Shown piece after piece: positions 60,423 to 64,000 of a stretch of DNA of 64,000 bases. Both the position numbers and the translations under genes were made by a program. Source of the DNA: Vitrella brassicaformis CCMP3155 (lineage: Eukaryota; Protista; Chromerida); NCBI GenBank assembly GCA_001179505.1, contig CDMY01000236.1, positions 1 through 64,000 of the forward strand. The letters are read 5' to 3'. Below the pieces are notes generated by a model. That model did no database searches. It was not told the DNA's origin and saw only the letters and a list, made by a program, of their open reading frames with translations. The stretch's first letter is position 1. Each line of letters opens with the position of its first letter.

Positions 60423-63400
60423 ATGCATCCCCTCAGCCTGAACACGCCGTTGAGCAACCGCACCAAGCAGAAGAGCCGACTGCCTGCGGGGCACAGCCTG
60501 GTGCTGTTGGCTGTGTATTGGGTGTTTGCTCTTGTTCCTCTGGTTCCTCTGGGTGCCGCTTCCTCCTGCACGGTCCCAGCGTCTTGCGCTGAGACCATCA
60601 TCGACTTCGACACGGACCAATCCGTCCAGTTTGCTTCCTTCACCACCACGACGGAGAACAGTGGGCAGGGATGGCAGCTCATGACAGAGGACAACACGGC
60701 GTGCCCATGGATAGATTCGATGAATCCCGGTGCGTGCCTTCGTGCTGGGCGAGCAGACGAACCGTACATGAGCCCCGCCCCGGTCTTCAATGAGCCGCGG
60801 GACCGGGGCGTACTTACTATTGAGCTGCAAAACAAGCGGTTCAACTTCACTGACTACCCTGGGACCTTTTCGGAGCAACGGAAGGTGTCGTTTGACTTGA
60901 GTGTCGCCACCGAGTACGCCAAAGAGAATCACGGGCGGCCGTGATGTTTGGAATGTGTTTTCTCTCTGTGCAGATATGACTACGACATGCTTGAGTTCTA
61001 TGTCAATGGTGAGTCTAAGCCAACCAGACAGAAAATGACTCACTTCCTTTTGTACCGTTCAGGCAAGGAAGTGAAGCTCAACATCTGCGGCACCGGCTAT
61101 CGCATCCCAGCCTCAGGCTGCCCCTCCGTCAGCGTCCCTCCAGATGTGCAGGACGGTGTCAACACCTGTCAGCAATGGAACGCGGTTGCGCAGAACCAGT
61201 GGTATGGATAGTGCTCGACGGTGATGGGCCGGGGGGAGAGGGGGACACACAGGTGAGTGAATGGATGAATGAATGAATGTGTCCATATCATATCAGGATC
61301 ACTGTCGAGCACTACTTGTGGTTCGATGAGGTAAAGACAGAAAAGGAGAGATGCGTCGCCATTCCGGGGGGTGCGTGTGTCGTGCCGACGTGTACAGAAC
61401 AACAAGAACGATTTCTATACATTCACGTGGGTGTTCCGGAAGGACTCGTCCATCAGCAAGTGTGAGGACATCGCCTACATCGACAACATCAAGTTTGAGG
61501 GCCTCGTGCTGGACAGTGCAGGCGACGACGGCTCATCGTCCAATGACTTCTCATTCGACATGGAAGACGGCCTCCTGCCGCCATTCCAATATGAAGAGGT
61601 TCAGTCAGCCGAGGGATGGCAAGTCGCCACCGACCGTAAGCAGAGAAAGAGTTACAAGGACTCATTGCCACCTGTTCTCGCACTGACGCTTTTCATGGGT
61701 GTCTCATCAGCACACGACTCGACCAACTTGGCCCTACGTTCCGGCCAGGAGGGGTCCGGCGACCCAGAGGACAATGCCAACGTGACGATGAAAATCGTCA
61801 AGACACTGAAGCTTGGTGGTGAGCAGCAAGTCAGCTTCCGCATCCACGTGGACACCGGTACGACGCGAAACGACGAGAGAACTTATCAAACGCTGGCAAC
61901 TGTTCTGTTGCTGACTGCTCTTCCCTCGGCACTCCTTTTTCCTCCGTCGTTTTTCTCATTCAGAGTTCCAGGATATCTTCGTATTCACTATCGACGGCAT
62001 GGAGTACTTTAGGTATGCACATGCGTTCGTCTTCTTACCACTAGTATCCATGCCTGTGTTTGACTGCGCCTATCAAGGGCTGAAGGGTACTGGCAGTGGC
62101 AGCCCGTTTTCTTTCAATTCTTCCCAACTGTCATAGTAAGTCAGCAATGGTCGATGCCCCACGAACGACACCACTCTTTTTTAAACGCACCTGTGTCACA
62201 GCCAACGGTTTTTGAGTGGACGTACTCAAAGAACGACTTTTCGAGATCGGGGCGGGACGTGGTATTCGTCGATGACATCCTGTGAGATGGCGAAAGCATA
62301 TGTCCGAGAGCGCTCTTTTGTTCACCTTTTCGTATCTGCAGGATCACTGGTCTGGCCCCATACGTGACCACGATTGCAGACGAGGGCACGACTACTGTGG
62401 CCACAGCGATGCTCAATATTACGCACAGCAACTATGACGATAACCAAAACATCAAGTGTCTCGTCCGTACTTCACAAATATCAGGTTCGCCAATCAGTAC
62501 ACATGGCCTCCATCTCTCTGACTATGTCCGCCTTTTAGGTCCAATCAAGGGCGACCACGAGTGGACATGTGAGCGTGGAGCTCGCTGCCTCATCGGAGAG
62601 GAAGACGAACCACTGCAAGGGACGAGCCTCTACAGCGCTGACAGGGTGGCACTTGCCCTGCCGGGGCTCTGCGGCTCCTACCTCGATCGTGTCGAGCGCA
62701 ACCCGGCGTATGTGGGGGCCAAGGAAGCAGACGTGATTGGCGCGCAAGACTATCTACACATGTCTTTGGTATGTGTAGATATCTCTACGACTGCGACGGC
62801 AAGATACATGACTTTGGCCTAATCTACAAGACGTGAGAGAGAAGAAGGCATCTCACGCAAACACGGAAGGATGATCTCCTCCCTGCGTTCTGTATCTCAT
62901 GCAGTGCCGGGGTTTATGACGTCTGCTGGTGTCAAGGTGAGACGGATACCAGTGCTCGTTGCCGAGACCCCGCCAATTACAACGTCAATATCGGCACACT
63001 CAATCTTACATCGGGTACAGAATGACAGACGCATCGTAATCGCTGTACCTGCTGTGTCTCCATGAGTGCAGATTCGCAACCGCCGCGAGCTGAAATCTTG
63101 TCTTTTGAGGGAGTCAGCAGTGCTATTACGTTGAAGGTCCAGCCTTCGGAGCCTTCATACGGTGCGCAAAGTCGCACTTCATCTCAATTTCTTGACATTC
63201 GTATCTTGCACCTCCTTGCCACAGTGTGGTGTCTTTTGAAGGACCAGGCCGTCGTGGACTTTCCCAGTCTCACCACCCAGCTCGCTCAATGGAAGCTCAA
63301 TACTCCTCCTGCATCCGTCGATGAAGCAACAGCAACAGCAACAACGACCGGAACAGCCGCGACAACAGCAGCCACGGGAAGCACTGTGGTCCCGTATGCT

Positions 63401-64000
63401 GGGCTGTACTTCAGCCAGCCGAAGCTCTCGCTCGATTACATCATCGACGAATACTGGACCGTCACGGCGGTCAGCGGGCCCAACACGACGTACGGCTTCC
63501 GTTCTTTGAAGGAAAATACAGCTTACCACGCATTCTGCTACGCCGGTGAGCTGACAAGGCTTCACGTGCACCGGTGAAAGCAGCGGTTGGCGGCTTTTCA
63601 GAAGACGAAGATGGCAATGCGATGACTACTGAGCGAGTGCGACTTACGCGAAGAACAGTCAAGACTGGATGTAGGAAGCTGACAATAACATTCGTTCTTC
63701 TTTTCTTATGTCTCTACGTAACTGTCACTGTTTGCAGTCTGCGGATACATCCGTATGAAGCAACTGGATTCCTTTCCCACTGAGATCGGCTGGGAGCTGA
63801 TGGATACCAACTGCTACAGAGAGCCAAACTCCTACCAATCGTACGGCAAGAAACTGACTCTGCCTTGTGAGGTCCGGAATCTGTCTTGTTGGACAGAGCT
63901 TCTGGGACCCAATGGGACGTCTGCTGTATTCCTCCAGGCACCTACACCCTGAGACTTAAGGACTCATATGGGTTCGATGTATAGCGCTTCTGTACGTTTT
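60423..64000 (+). CDS. Large multi-exon secreted/membrane protein with tandem MAM-like beta-sandwich domains (incomplete at right edge)
   Basis: Hydrophobic leader (LVLLAVYWVFALVPLVPLG), then two related units ending FTWVFRKDSSISKCEDIAYIDNIKF and FEWTYSKNDFSRSGRDVVFVDDIL, then a Cys-containing region. Confidence 0.7.

Overview
Intron-rich eukaryotic genomic DNA. GC-rich exons, short GT-AG introns full of (CAGA)n/(TCCA)n/(GT)n microsatellites, and the gene families present suggest an alveolate, most likely the chromerid Vitrella brassicaformis (inference from style, not a database hit). There are three 300-N placeholder gaps. Positions 1-23896 (minus strand) hold the 5' part of a giant modular type I PKS (about 7,400 aa visible; it runs off the left edge). 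Its architecture is FAAL-ACP loading, two AT-less fully reducing modules, a third cis-AT module, and the start of KS4. The third module has an unusual doubled reductive loop: KR with catalytic Tyr->His, a second pseudo-KR, an ER remnant, a C-methyltransferase and a KR remnant. At 24.4-30.8 kb is an accessory island: an ankyrin-repeat gene split by a 2.9-kb unclassified TIR/TSD DNA transposon, plus an intronless orphan. At 32.2-39.4 kb a DFD-motif CAMK-like kinase has gained an in-frame chimeric tail built from copies of itself and an inverted copy of its neighbour. The right half holds housekeeping-type genes: GcvR-like tandem-ACT protein, choline transporter-like, MFS, Rpb4-family, DEDDh exonuclease, frameshifted DnaJ, J-like/MORN, eIF3i, and a secreted beta-sandwich-repeat protein. 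Several are in tight head-to-head pairs, and a recurrent upstream 10-mer AAGCTCGCAG was seen. No rRNA, tRNA or CRISPR array was recognised. All exon structures were assembled by eye.
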